Notes: generated by a model from the sequence alone, not told the origin. 64,000 nucleotides of DNA from Macrostomum lignano (GCA_002269645.1 NIVC01000563.1:124001-188000), one strand, 5' to 3'; numbered from the stretch's first letter, positions 12,001 to 34,043 are shown. Made by a program: numbers and translations.

Positions 12001-12887
12001 TGTAGGTGTGAGATGTCTCAACTGTGGGTGTGAGATGTCTCAACTGAGGGTGTGAGATGTCTCATCTGTGAGTGTGATATGTCCTATGGGTGTGAGATGT
12101 CTCAACTGAAGGTGTGAGATGTCTCAACTGAGGGTGTGAGATGTCTCAACTGTGGGTGTGAGATTTCTCATCTGTGAGTGTGAGATGTCCTATCTGTGGG
12201 TGTGAGATGTCTCATCTGTGGGTGTGAGATGTCTCAACTGTGGGTGTGAGATATCTCAACTGTGGGTGTGAGATATCTCAACTGTGGGTGGGAGATGTCT
12301 GTCTGTGGGTGTGAGATGTCTGAACTAAGGTTGTGAGATGTCTCATCTGGGGGTGTGAGATGTCTCAAGTGTGGGTGTGAGATGTCTCATCTGTGGGTGT
12401 GAGATGTCTCAACTGTGGGTGTGAGATGTCTCAACTGTTGGTGTGGGGTGTCTCAACTAAGGGTGTGAGATCTTCCAAGACTTAAAAATCTCACGCACTT
12501 CGGTCCGCCCTTTTTCGAACAGCCACCGACTGCCAGATCACCGCCTTGGCCTTCGTTGGCCTCGAACTCGTGCTCGGTGCCGCCTCTGGCCACGTGGCCA
12601 GCTACAATCCGGCCACCAGCTCGCCCGGCCAGCTCTGTGTCCGGCTGCACCGGCCGGACGAACCCTACGTCCGGCATCTGTGCTCGGCCGGGCCAGGCCG
12701 CCTGCTGTCCATCGGGTGCGGCTACGCCGATCCCATTGCCGCTGCGGCCGCCTCGGTCGCGGCCGGCTCGTCCGCATTCGTGTCCGGCGCCTCGGCAACT
12801 GGCGATTCTCAATCTGACAGTTCTTCAGACCTGTTGGACTCTGCCGCCAGCTATCCGGCCCATCTCATTATCCTGTCTGCCGCCTGA
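1..12887 (+). CDS. lrrk: Leucine-rich repeat kinase (invertebrate LRRK/lrk-1-type Roco protein), 5'-partial: COR, kinase and WD40-like C-terminus
   Basis: Exons reconstructed with consistent phases: <1-165, 1289-1510, 2363-3079, 3577-3819, 5095-5330, 6107-6215, 6639-6746, 6828-7105, 7921-8310, 8934-9413, 10489-10854, 11209-11528, 12523-12887 (TGA). COR motifs: [78 protein letters not shown]. Kinase motifs: [23 protein letters not shown], the LRRK-diagnostic DYG motif, [15 protein letters not shown]. Confidence 0.93.
587..745. repeat. 48-bp tandem repeat, about 3.3 copies
   Basis: Unit ATTTCAGTGATCTGGGTTCCGGAATTTTGGTCCGGAATTTTGATCCGG. Confidence 0.9.
977..1270 (+). mobile_element. Second tRNA-headed SINE-like element (family 2); partial copies at about 8405-8490 (+) and 32325-32445 (-)
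   Basis: The head GGGGCCGTATCTCAGTGG...GGCTCGATTCC has A- and B-box-like motifs. The body motif GGCACAG..GTGTACA...GGGCCGCTGTACAC..GTGTG recurs at the two other loci. Confidence 0.55.
1635..2265. repeat. Pyrimidine-rich hexamer microsatellite (CTCCGT/CTCCAT/CTCCCT)n
   Basis: Read directly from the sequence; it explains the SPSP/LRLP/ETER ORFs. Confidence 0.95.
3160..3535. repeat. Degenerate minisatellite of about 21 bp (CCGCCTAGCAACCACTATAAC)
   Basis: The core CCTAGCAAC recurs at roughly 21-bp spacing. Confidence 0.8.
3936..4980. repeat. 28/31-bp minisatellite (CAGGTGAGATTTAGGGTCAGTTATCAACTCA), more than 30 copies
   Basis: Read directly; fills LRRK intron 3820-5094. Confidence 0.95.
5515..5990. 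repeat. Minisatellite of about 25 bp (GTTCTTATGAGCTTATGACCTCTGAT-like)
   Basis: Read directly. Confidence 0.85.
6270..6545. repeat. Degenerate minisatellite with core CACCAATGTACATC
   Basis: The core recurs at roughly 33-38-bp spacing. Confidence 0.7.
7123..7870. repeat. 30-bp minisatellite (TGTAGCTGACACAGTTTACAACAGGCTGTC), about 25 copies
   Basis: Read directly; explains the [13 protein letters not shown]. Confidence 0.95.
8562..8880 (+). mobile_element. tRNA-derived SINE with CORE-like central domain, family 1, copy A
   Basis: A-box TAGCCTAGTGG and B-box GGTTCGATTCCC. The centre TGTGTCCTTAAGCAAGACACTTAACTCTGCATTGCTTCAGTTCACCTTGCTGTAAAATGGG resembles the MIR CORE domain. The element ends in an (ATT)n tail. 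Two similar copies occur elsewhere in the window. Confidence 0.85.
9458..10370. repeat. 18-bp G-rich minisatellite (GGGGAGGGTGGCAGGAGT), about 50 copies
   Basis: Read directly. The variant block GGTAGCATGAGT recurs at about 9750 and about 10037. Confidence 0.95.
10925..11140. repeat. 22-bp minisatellite (CTGTTGCTTCCCTGTGTCTYCC)
   Basis: Read directly. Confidence 0.85.
11529..12470 (+). repeat. 22-bp minisatellite (GTGAGATGTCTCAACTGTGGGT), about 42 copies, beginning at the splice donor
   Basis: Read directly; a reverse-complement array lies at 15590-16350. Confidence 0.95.
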
Positions 12888-12899
12888 CTTTAGCGCCAA

Positions 12900-13230
12900 T
12901 TTTCCTGTAAATTTGGATTCCCCCGGGATTCTTTCTGGATTCCCTCTGGATTCCCCCGGATTTCCTCGGATTTCCCCGGATTTTCTTGGATTTCCCTTGG
13001 CTTTCCCCAAGTATTTCCCTGGATTTTCCCTAAGAAAATTCCGCCGGATTTCCCCAATTGATTTGCCCGGATTTTTTCTCATGGAATTTCCTCAGATTTT
13101 CCCCATAAATATTTCTCTTATTTCCCATGGATTTCCTCTATGGGACTTCCCGCGTATTTCACCGGATTTTCACTGGGTTATCTCTAGGGATTTTCCACGG
13201 ATTTTCCCTGGATTTTTCTTGACCTAATTT
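12900..13230. repeat. Degenerate TTCC/GGAT(T) low-complexity repeat; a similar tract lies at 17295-17660
   Basis: Repeated GATTTCC(C/T)TGGA-like motifs. Confidence 0.7.
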
Positions 13231-15589
13231 GAACCTCCATATTGATGAATATTAATGCTGAATTCCTCGGATTCTCATACAATTCCATTGATTGGATCCA
13301 TTCGAACTTTTAGTCCTGTGAATTCCAATTGGAAGTGTGAAGAAAAAATATTTGGCTATGTAAATTGGGTTATTCGATTTTTATACTTTCTCTCTCCCCT
13401 GCCAGCTTTTTACATCGAATGGCTTAAATTGCTTTGAATAATTCCTTAACCTTACTGTTTCTACTATTGATTATCTATATGTTGTATGATATATTGTTAT
13501 TGTGATATTTCTTAATTTCATTATTGCATTGTCAGATTGGCCGCTATTCTGTTCGCTTGCATTATAATGCATTCGTCTTCAGTCAACAAATTCTAGATTT
13601 GGCATTCGCAATAACTGAACGGCGATTATTGCTATTAATCCGATATTATTAACTTGCACTCAAGCTTGGCATAATACGTGTTGTCTTCTGCGTTAGTTTT
13701 TTATCGCTTTCAGTACACCATGTGGATATAAGTATTTATATTGTGATTTTTTGGCATTCTACTTTTTTTAGCTTTATTAATATAATTATTATATTATTAC
13801 ACGCAAAAAATATGGCGGTTTTTGTTTTCTGTATCTCTTAGTAGTATAATTGGATTAATCAAGCTATTATTTGTTGTCTGTTTAGTATAATCTGGCCTGT
13901 CTAGGAAATTCTAAACGTGTATAAACCTGCCGGTTCATCAAGTACAGTTTTTCATGTCAAGTTATAAAACGTGCATCCTAACTTGAAAGCCTGTATAGAA
14001 CAAATGCAGACTGGTTGGGCCATAGACAGCACGAAAACTTCTGAGTGAGAGACAGCAAGCCTAGCTTAGTCTATGGCCAAGCCTGTCTTTATTTAGTCTC
14101 CCTAGTCTCGCTACCAGTTGTATTTTACTAGTCGCTCTTTATATTCCACCCAGCCAGTTAAACAGAATTCTAATGGAATGCAAGAAGCGAGTTCACCCGT
14201 CAGTGTGACTGCTTTTATGTCTTACAGATACTACTGATTATAGTCCTGTGTATCGAAATTTAATCTTTGTGCGTTTTGAAAACACAATCATGTTTCTGCA
14301 TATAAATATATACATATATAATATTATTATTGCATTATTTATGTCATACTCTATCATGTAGTTCATTATGAGATCTGTCTGCTTGTTTGGCTATTAATTA
14401 TTAACAGAATGCTTTATTTGTTAGCGCTGGCTGCGGTGTAAAGGAAATACATTGGCAGAACTCTGGATTGCAGATTCTCAGCTTATCAAACTGTCTAAAG
14501 CTCCTGATTAGTGCTTTATTTAACTTGGCTGACTTTCTCAGGCTGTGCTTCACTATTTTTTTAATTAACTTTACGTGCAGCCCATTGGGAGTTGGGGCTG
14601 TCCCTGTTTTACGGAAACTTGATTGAGGCGATTCTCAAGGAGATCTAAGAGCCTTCATTCTTATCCATACAACTGTAGGCTGGAGGTTATCGAACAGAAA
14701 CACAGAATATGATGCTAAATTTCAGTCTAAAGTTGTCCGAATATGGCGGATTTCAGGAAGATTTGGCACTCGGATTCCATGTAATCAGATACAAGGCCTT
14801 CTCAGGGAGATCCCACGCATTTTACAGCAACAATCGCCTCACATCCAGCAGGCCTCCGAGCAGCTCCAGACACTGGCTAGACCCCATCGGGGCTGGCCGC
14901 CAGTGCTGGACTGTCAGGCGTGGGGTGGAAGGTCCGCTGGCCACGGACACGAAAGCTGGAATAACGGCCCCTCTGCTGGGGTTGACCCTGGTGGACCTGG
15001 TGGCAAGCTCGCCGACATGCCCTCTGCACACTCACGCGGCGACGCGGTGGTGCAAGGCCCCTGTCCTATGGTGAGCGGGACAATGACGGCTGGCTGTGCC
15101 TTGTTGCAGTCAGATCGTTCCCGTAGGCCCAATGACCAGGTGACCCAGCTGGGCCGTCATAAACAACAACAACAACAACAGCAACAATCGCTAACAGTGC
15201 TACTATGCGAGCTATATGCTGCAGTCTCCCATTGACGTCATTCTCTCTCTCTATATATATTAGCTAGTTGATAAAGTTAATTAACTTGTATTTAGGGCAA
15301 TTTTATAGTTTAGAATCTCCTTAAAATGCACCTGTTTAAAGTTGATCGGCTAATGGGTTGAAAATGTGCAAAACAAGAAATCGTATCAATAATTAATTAG
15401 TTTAATGTCTTCTTTACTCTCCACTGAACTCTTCGTTCTTTTCAATCAGTTATCCTTACCTCGTATATCATTGTAATCCCTCTGTATTCTTAGTCTCTTC
15501 TCTGCCTAGCAGCTCTCAAATCTCCCTTTGTACTCATTATTTACTCCTTGCATCTGCTCTTTACCTCCAATCTCTATCAGTGAGATTGT

Positions 15590-16350
15590 TCTCACAGATG
15601 AGACATCTCACACCCACAGATGAGACATCTCTCACCTACAATTGAGACATCTCACACCCACAGATGAGACATCTCACACCCACAGCTGAGACATCCCACA
15701 CCCACAGATGAGACATCTCACACCCACAGTTGAGACATCTCACACCCACAGTTGAGACATCTCACACCCTACAGTTGAGACATCTCACACCCACAGTTGA
15801 TACATCTCACACCCTCAGTTGAGACATCTCACACCCACAGATAGGACATCTCACACCCACAGATAGGACATATCACACCCACAGTTGAGACATCTCACAC
15901 CCTCAGTTGAGACATCTCACACCCACAGTTGAGACATCTCACATCCACAGTTGAGACATCTCACACCCTACAGATGAGACATCCCACACCCACAGTTGAG
16001 ACATCTCACACCCTCAGTTGAGACATCTCACATCCACAGTTGAGACATCTCACACCCTACAGATGAGACATCTCACACCCACAGTTGAGACATCTCACAC
16101 CCTACAGATGAGACATCTCACACCCACAGTTGAGACATCCCACACCCACAGTTGAGACATCTCACATCCACAGTTGAGACATCTCACACCCTACAGATGA
16201 GACATCTCACACCCACAGTTGAGACATCTCACATCCACAGTTGAGACATCTCACACCCTACAGATGAGACATCTCACACCCTCAGTTGAGACATCTCACA
16301 CCCTACAGATAGGACATATCACACTCACAGATAAGACATCTGACACTCAC
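15590..16350 (-). repeat. Inverted copy of the 22-bp minisatellite at 11529-12470
   Basis: Unit ACCCACAGTTGAGACATCTCAC is the reverse complement of the 11529 unit. Confidence 0.95.
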
Positions 16351-18772
16351 AGGTGATACAAATCTACTCTCTACTTCCTATCTCCAATCTCTGCTCTACT
16401 CTCTATCTCTAATCCGCCTCTCTGCTTCTACTCTAAACTTCCTATTTACCATTTTCTACTTTTCCTCCTCTCTCATTGCCATTGAAGGTCCCGCCATGGC
16501 CTGCTCTAGATTCAGATCAGCCATTATTATTTAATTATGGAGGCGCGGCTAACCGACTCTGCAGAGTCAATACAATTAATCAGCCAGCCACAGCTAACAG
16601 AGCTGTAAAGAAGCTACAATTGCTAGCAAGCCTTAGTTTAGCAATCTACTTCGGAGTATATAATATATATATAATAGTGTATTTGTCTGTCAAGCCATAG
16701 TAGTTGATGAATAGGAGCAGCGCTGAAGTGACACTATGGGGCAGTTGGAGGGTGTAATAGACTGACTGGACTTTTTAAACATTTAGCTCGAATATATAGA
16801 GAGAGCAGTGAGTATTTGCAGTCATGTGACTTTTGCCGCTTAGGAAAGTCTGCGGAGAGAGAGAGAGAGAGATGGGGTGGACAATAGGGCATATTTTATT
16901 GTTCTCAACAGACAGACACAGAGGGATAAATGACAATTTAGTACAGTCATGTATAGCTAATGCAGTCGAAGTTTGCAACAAGCCTATTGGGTTACCAACG
17001 GCCTTGGGTTGCAAAAAACAACATAAGAAGTATGTATCACTTGTTTTGAAAATTATTTTACATTAAAAATGACAATAGAAAATGGCGCAAAAACTTTTTT
17101 TGGATGGACTCAAACTGTTAAACTTGTCCATGAGTTTTGTGGGATGTTCAATCTTAGTTTTCTAGACCATCTAAATTTTCAATTCATTCTTCAAGTTGTT
17201 TTGTAACTTCGATTAAATTTTTGGAGAATTGGAAGCGATCCTAGAAAATTAAGATATTTTACGAAGATAACTCGGGTTTCCATGTAATTTCTAAAGATCT
17301 CCTTGGAATTCCCTTAGATTTCCTTGGAATTCCCTTAGATTTCCTTGGAATTCCCTTAGATTTCCTTGGAATTCCCTCGGATTTTCTTGGATTTCCTCAG
17401 AATTCCATTGAATTTTCTTGGATTTCCTTGTAATTCCCTTGGATTCCCTTGGAATTCTCTTCGATTTCCTTGGAATTCTCTTGGGTTCCCTTGGAATTCC
17501 CTTGGAACTCCCTTGGATTTCACTGGAATTCCCTTGGATTTCCTTGGAATTTCCATGGATTTCCTTGTAATTCCAATAGATATCCTTGGAATTCCCTTGG
17601 ATTTCCTCGAAATTTCCTAAATTTCCTTGAGATTTCCTTGAATTCTCTTCAAATTTAATATGGAAATTCCTTTAATTGTGTTAGAGATTTCCAGCATATA
17701 ATCGACTTCATGAAAGCTTATTAAACTTTGCGGCTGGAGATGCACTGCAGCAATAGTAATATACGGAAAGTACATAAATATTTACATACAAAGCAGTGCA
17801 GATCAAAATAGTGAATTAATCAAAGCAAGACCAGGCTAGTTGTAGCGCGTAAATATTAAAACTCGGAGAAAAATATAACAAAATATGCAATATTTGAAAT
17901 TTTAATATTAGTTATTACAATGCGCCTAAAAACTTAGAAAATTATAAAATAGTAGTGAAAAATAACAACATTGAACGATTATGAGTGTAGAAATCTTCAC
18001 AACTTTCAATAGAGATTAGTACAAAGTCTAAAAAGAAGTGCGTAGATAAGTGAGACACTTCATTTCTAGGAAAAAGCATTTATTGAAGGCTACTCGGTTT
18101 TTATGAGTACAAAAACTTCCCCGTTTTTTGTCTTCTTTTATCTTTTATCAGGCTCAAATGAGGCCGTGTACTTTAAGTAACTAAAGTTGGCATTTATTTC
18201 CCCTATTAATTGCATTTTCATTGTCAATTAAAATTAAGCCTTCAAAACAGTTTCGAAGAAACTCAATGACCAATCCTCCTTATAATTGTCAACGAAAAAT
18301 AGTAAAACAAAAATTTACAAATTTACAATAAAATATCGTAACTCTAGGAATTTGTAACCAATTTTATAATAATTATATCGATTTTTTATAATCGTTAAAA
18401 AGCAACTACAGAAGTACAAGTAAAGACTAGTAGTCAGTAGTCAATAGTAGTACGGACTCAGTACTGACTCAACTGTGTTATAAACCCGCGTTCCCCTGAT
18501 CCTAAACAACACCTTGTTTCCTAAGAAAGTAGAGTACGGGGAGTTTCACTACTTAGAATAAGTAGTTTACAATCCATGCTTTCTAAAGGCGTAAAATCGT
18601 TACGATTTCGTACTACTAAAACTAGAGACTGTTAAAATCACCAGCCAATCAAAATTTGAAGGCCATTTTCTTCACCAAAGGGTTGCAGTATGTTCCCTTT
18701 TTTCTTCTCTTTTTAACATTGCTTTTCCGTTTGAAAATAAAACTTCAAAACTTCGAAATCGAAAAATTGTCG

Positions 18773-28279
<9,507 letters not shown>

Positions 28280-28547
28280 GATGCTAGTTGTTCAGCTCTG
28301 TCTATATTCAGTTTGATCAGTTCAAAAGTTAGTTGATATATTAGTTTACTAGAGAGAAGCGTTGCCGAAACTCCAGCGCCAACAGCTTTTAACAACCGGG
28401 CCGAGTCCCTCTAAATGACTCCCGATTGGTCGAGAACTTTCTCTCCACAGCCGAAGCGATCAGCCAATCAAACCCTTGATAAACTGTCTACAGAATAGAA
28501 ATCTGAGCCGAAGCTAAGTAGCAGTGAAACCGATGGAAGACCGTGGT

Positions 28548-29650
28548 AGTGATTCACATTGATCTATAGGCATTGATAGCAATTCACATTGATCTACAGG
28601 CATTGATAGTGATTCACATTGATCTATAGGCATTGATAGCGATTCACATTGATCTACAGGCATTGATAGTGATTCACATTGATCTACAGGCATTAATAAT
28701 GATTCAAATTGATCTATAGGCATTGATAGTGATTCACATTGATCTATAGGCATTGATAGCGATTCACATTGATCTATAGGCATTGATAGTGATTCACATT
28801 GATCTATAGGCATTGATAGCGATTCACATTGATCTATAGGCATTGGTAGTGATTCACATTGATCTATAGGCATTGATAGCGATTCACATTGATCTATAGG
28901 CATTGATAGCGATTCACATTGATCTATAGGCATTGATAGCGATTCACATTGATCTATAGGCATTGATAGTTATTCACATTGATCTATAGGCATTGATAGT
29001 TATTCACATTGATCTATAGGCATTGATAGTTATTCACATTGATCTATAGGCATTGATAGCGATTCACATTGATCTATAGGCATTGATAGCGATTCACATT
29101 GATCTATAGGCATTGATAGCGATTCACATTGATCTATAGGCATTGATAGCGATTCACATTGATCTATAGGCATTGATAGTGATTCACATTGATCTATAGG
29201 CATTGATAGTGATTCACATTGATCTATAGGCATTGATAGTGATTCACATTGATCTATAGGCATTGATAGTGATTCACATTGATCTATAGGCATTGATAGT
29301 GATTCACGTTGATCTATAGGCATTGATAGCGATTCACATTGATCTATAGGCATTGATAGTTATTCACATTGATCTATAGGCATTGATAGTGATTCACATT
29401 GATCTATAGGGATTGATAGTGATTCATATTGATCCATAGGCATTGATAGTGATTCACATTGATATATAGGCATTGATAGTGATTTACACACATCTATAGG
29501 CATTGATAGTGATTCACATTGATCTATAGGGATTGATAGTGATTCATATTGATCCATAGGCATTGATAGTGATTCACATTGATATATAGGCATTGATAGT
29601 GATTTACACACATCCATAGGCATTGATAGTGATTTACACATATCCATAGG
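28548..29650. repeat. 30-bp minisatellite (GATTCACATTGATCTATAGGCATTGATAGT), about 36 copies
   Basis: Read directly; explains the MPIDQCESLS ORFs. Confidence 0.95.
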
Positions 29651-30521
29651 CATTGATAATGACATCTACAGACATGGACAGTAATCAATGAGCTACATTG
29701 GTATTCTGTAGACATCGATAAAGGTTCGCATAGATCAATACGCACACATACCGAAAGTGATCTGTATCACTTTCACTTTCATAGCAAGCGGAAAAAACTA
29801 GTATTCAAAGAGTTCCACATTGATCCAAGCTAGCATAACTAAGAAACAAATTAGAAGGCAATATCGAATAGGAAAAACAGTGCATTGTCAATGCGGAATG
29901 AGTTTCACAGACGCTATAATCTTTGCTGTTCGATGCTAAGCTCATATTTTTTATTGCCTTCTTCGCAAGCCGGCAATAATCCGAAACTGATAGCGATAGG
30001 AGAAAAAAACTAATGACATTTTTATCTGCATCAACTTTCCCTATCCGTTGAGTTATTTAGCGCTACTGAGGGCAACAGTTCACGCAATTTTGTAGTTTCG
30101 TTCAGATATTTTATGAAACACTGATGTGTTTCATTTTTGGCGGCAATAGGTAGGAACTACTCGACAAGTCGCATTGTACAAAAAAGGTGATATTTACATT
30201 AATATTTTCTTGTTCCAGACCAATTTAGCCGCGCACGGGAATCCGAACTCGAGTCGGTACTTTAGCTAGCAGCTTATCAGGTAGGTCTGCGTGAAATAAA
30301 ATAGCTAAAAAAGCTTTGATAATTGTCGCGACAATAAAAAACCAATTATAAAACTTTTTATTGATCTTATCAGTTTTATGAAGGAGTAAGTTTATCTGCG
30401 CCAAAAACACTTAATTTAAAATACTTTAAATAATATAAATAGCTTTACGATCGAAGAGAAAACCTCTCTGCCAAGCAAACCAAATTAGAGGTTTGGTACT
30501 GATAATAATTGAATTCTCACA

Positions 30522-30795
30522 CGAGTCACGTGGTCAGTTCAGCTAGGCAAGTCACGTGACCAGTTCAGCTAGGCGAGTCACGTGACCAGTTCAGCTAGGC
30601 GAGTCACGTGACCAGTTCAGCTAGGCAAGTCACGTGACCAGTTCAGCTAGGCGAGTCACATGACCAGTTCAGCTAGGTAAGTCACGTGACCAGTTCAGCT
30701 AGGCTAGTCACGTGACCAGTACAGCTAGGCGAGTCACGTGACCAGTACAGCTAGGCTAGTCACGTGATAAGTTCAGCTAGGCGAGTCACGTGATG
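30522..30795. repeat. 26-bp minisatellite containing the palindrome GTCACGTGAC, 11 copies
   Basis: Unit GTCACGTGACCAGTTCAGCTAGGCGA. Perfect palindromes at 30551, 30577, 30603, 30629, 30681, 30707 and 30733. Confidence 0.95.
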
Positions 30796-30921
30796 TAATC
30801 TATAAAGGAAGAGTTTGTCACGCAAGCATGCAGGGCTTTAACATTGAATGTCTAATTTGAGTATCAAATAGCTCTCAGTGCAAGAGAGACGAAAGTGACA
30901 ATGTGAGAGCAGTCACGCCAG

Positions 30922-33900
30922 TCACATGACGCTGCAGGATCGAGCCCGGTTCAGCTCCACCGCGTCCGTCTCCGACTTGCTGCGCCGATACTCGTCGGCT
31001 CCTTGACCGCTGCCGAAGTCGGCCGAATCGCCGATACCGCGCTTCCGGTTCGCAGCTGCCGCCTTCGACGCCGGTCTTGAATAGTCGCCGCCGCCGTCGC
31101 CGCCGCCACCGTCACTGGTCGCTGGCGAGGAGCCGATCAGGCGGTCCCAGGATCGAGTCCGCTCCGGGTCGAGCAGCTCGCGCGATCGGATCGCCTGCAC
31201 GGCCTCCAGGGCGGCCCGCTCGGACGGCGAGTCAACCAGCCTGTAGGCGAAGATGTTGCCGGACTGGCAGGCCACCAGCACCGAGCCGTCGCTGCGCGCT
31301 TCGACCGCGCGAACTTCGTGATGCGCGTCCAGCTCGCCAGCCGGGGCGCACTCGGGCACGCGGTAGGCGCGCACCCGGCGGCCACGGCTGAACAGCATCA
31401 GCGAGTCGGCGAGGGCGAAGCAGCGGAACTGGAAGCCGGCCGGAGCGGCGCGGCGCAGCGGCAGTCCGGCGGCCACCGAGTACAGGTAATTGTCGGCGTC
31501 GACGCAGTACTCGCCGGAGCGGGAGAAGCTCAGCCGGTCCGGGTCGGTGCCGGCCGGCAGAAGATTCGGCGCCAGGCAGCGTAGAGTCAACGTCTCGACG
31601 TCAATGATCATGACGCTCTGGGTGAAACGGCGCTGGTCGGGCGACCTGCAGAGTTAATGAAGGATTGACGCTGAACCATCCTGTGAGGCTTCAAGGGCAG
31701 GCAGCAGAGATGAAAAACCATCTATCCATATATATACGAGCTATATATCACGAGATATAAATCACGTGACGCGTAAGGTACAATCCTTAGGAACATTAAC
31801 CGTTAGGAAGTCACGTGACGCATCGCGTATATTTATTACATTCTTGTGACTAGAATAACCACAGGGAAGTCACAGAGAATACTTGTTTAATCAGAACGCA
31901 TCTTAGCCGAACGTCCAACCCTGCGCTAGATCTAGAGACGGCAACCCCCTAGAAATTGACGCAGACAGTTCTGTCCGGTCCAATTAATGCTAGAAAATTA
32001 CAGCTGGAAAAGGCTCAGTTGGCCTAGGAGAAACTCATTATGATCGGATTAAGGTTTCTTAGCCGAGGTTATCCTATTCAGTTTCACAGCGAACTGGTAA
32101 AAACAGGATATATAGATATTGCAGTTCAATTTGCCGCAGTCATGCATGCCAGATGGGAACAAATTGACAAGGAGAACGAACGGGGCTGATTTAGGAGGGT
32201 ATACAAACAACATTCGCGATCTATGAACATTCATCATGCCCTTATATTCACACACCATTGTAAACCAAGAGATGAACATTCCCAAGAAGGTTGAGTTTTA
32301 GACAATCATGCACAACGGCGCTGAGGCAATTCTGCCCATTCCACAGACCCTGAGCACACAAGCGCGCCATACTGTACGCAGACACGCACTCATGCACACG
32401 CTCACACAGGGTGTACACTGACACTGTACAGCGGCCTCTGTGCCTTGGAGGCTGGACCTCATGGGTGTGAGTCAGTCAGGCTTCTATAAGCATCCTTCAC
32501 CGCAGGACTCTCACCGAACACTGTCCAGGGCCTCCTCCTCCTCCGTGTACACCACGACAACGTCGCTGCCACCCTCGTCGCTGCCGGCGAGACAAGGCTG
32601 CACAGCCAGAATGCGGCGCACCAGGCCGAAGGCGGACAGCATGCTGGGCCCAATCAGCCTCGTCTGGCCCGTCCCAGTGTTCCAGGTGAACAGGCACGGC
32701 TCAATATAATAGGCCCGGGCGCAGTCCAAGTCCCTGGCTGTCAGGCAGACGATCAGCCTGTCGTTGCCAGTCAGGAACGGCCGGCCCAGCAGGTGCGGGA
32801 TGCTCGCCGACTCGCCGCACGCCTCCGGACGGACGGCGCCGTCACTCAGAGCCAGTCGTGTGATGCCGAACGGCTGCTTGAAGGCCACCTCGGCCTGGTC
32901 GACAATGTACACGTCGCTAGAGTGCCGGCAGGGCAGCAGGTGGCCGGGCACGTTGCCGAATTCGGAAAGAATTCGACGCTCGGACAGCGACCAGACGATG
33001 TTGGTGGTGTTCGGGTTGCGCTGCACCACGGATGCCACGGCGTAGTCGCCGCAGGAGGATATGGCGCAGTCCACCACAACGCCCTCGTGGCTGTACAAGT
33101 CGGTGAGGTAGCCGGTGTCCAAATCAACAACGCCCATCTCATCGCTGTTGTCGCAGCAGGCGACGGCGCGCGGACGCCGACGAGCAGATCGGACGGCTCG
33201 AATTGGCGCAGTGAGCGAGTCGACCGCGGTGCCGTCGGTGAAGGCGCCCTGCAGGCTCCACAGGTGGATCTCGCGCGAGTGCTCAATGAAGCCGACAACC
33301 AGGCTGCGCGTCTGGTCAACCAGCAGGCGTGTCAGAATCCCCGTTGGCGCGTGCAGCATCACCAGCGGCCGGCCCTGCTCGACCTCCCAGACTAGCACGT
33401 CGCGGAAAATGCTGGTAATCACCACCCGGTCGCCGAATGCGAAATCTGCCTCGCTAAAGTTGATCCGCTCGTAATTGGCGTTGGGCATTTTGAATTCGGC
33501 CGGAATTTCCGGAGGACGCCGGATGTGCGCCACAATGGCGTCCCGGCCGAACTCGTACACCAGCACGTTCTTCTCGGCGCGAACCAACAGCAGCTGCTCC
33601 GCCTGCGACACGCGCATGTCCTGCAGCCGGTCGTCTCCAAGCGAATTCTCGAACATGATTTTGAAGGACATCTCGATAGCGCCTTTGGCGTCCATGTAGA
33701 GAATTACCACCTTCTGCTCGCCTTCGCACATGATGAAAGCGCGCGAGCCGTCTCTGGTGAACATCAGGCGCTTCGGCACCGCCAGCAGATCCACCACAGA
33801 TGTCTGGACTCCGTTGCCGATCTCGAACACCAGCACCTGTGGCGGTGGGTGACAGCAGCACGTTGCTCTGAATGCCAACCGATCCGCAGTCATTGCAAAA

Positions 33901-34004
33901 TCCGCCCCCCCCCCCTCATTTTCCCTATTGCAACAGCAAAATCCGCCCCATTCTTCATATTGCAACAGCAATATCCGCCCCCCCCCCATTCTTCTCATCG
34001 CAGC

Positions 34005-34043
<39 letters not shown>

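Noticed and set aside
18446-18620. Short inverted repeat TAGTAGTACG/CGTACTACTA
   Set aside because: Only about 10 bp in AT-rich DNA, compatible with chance.
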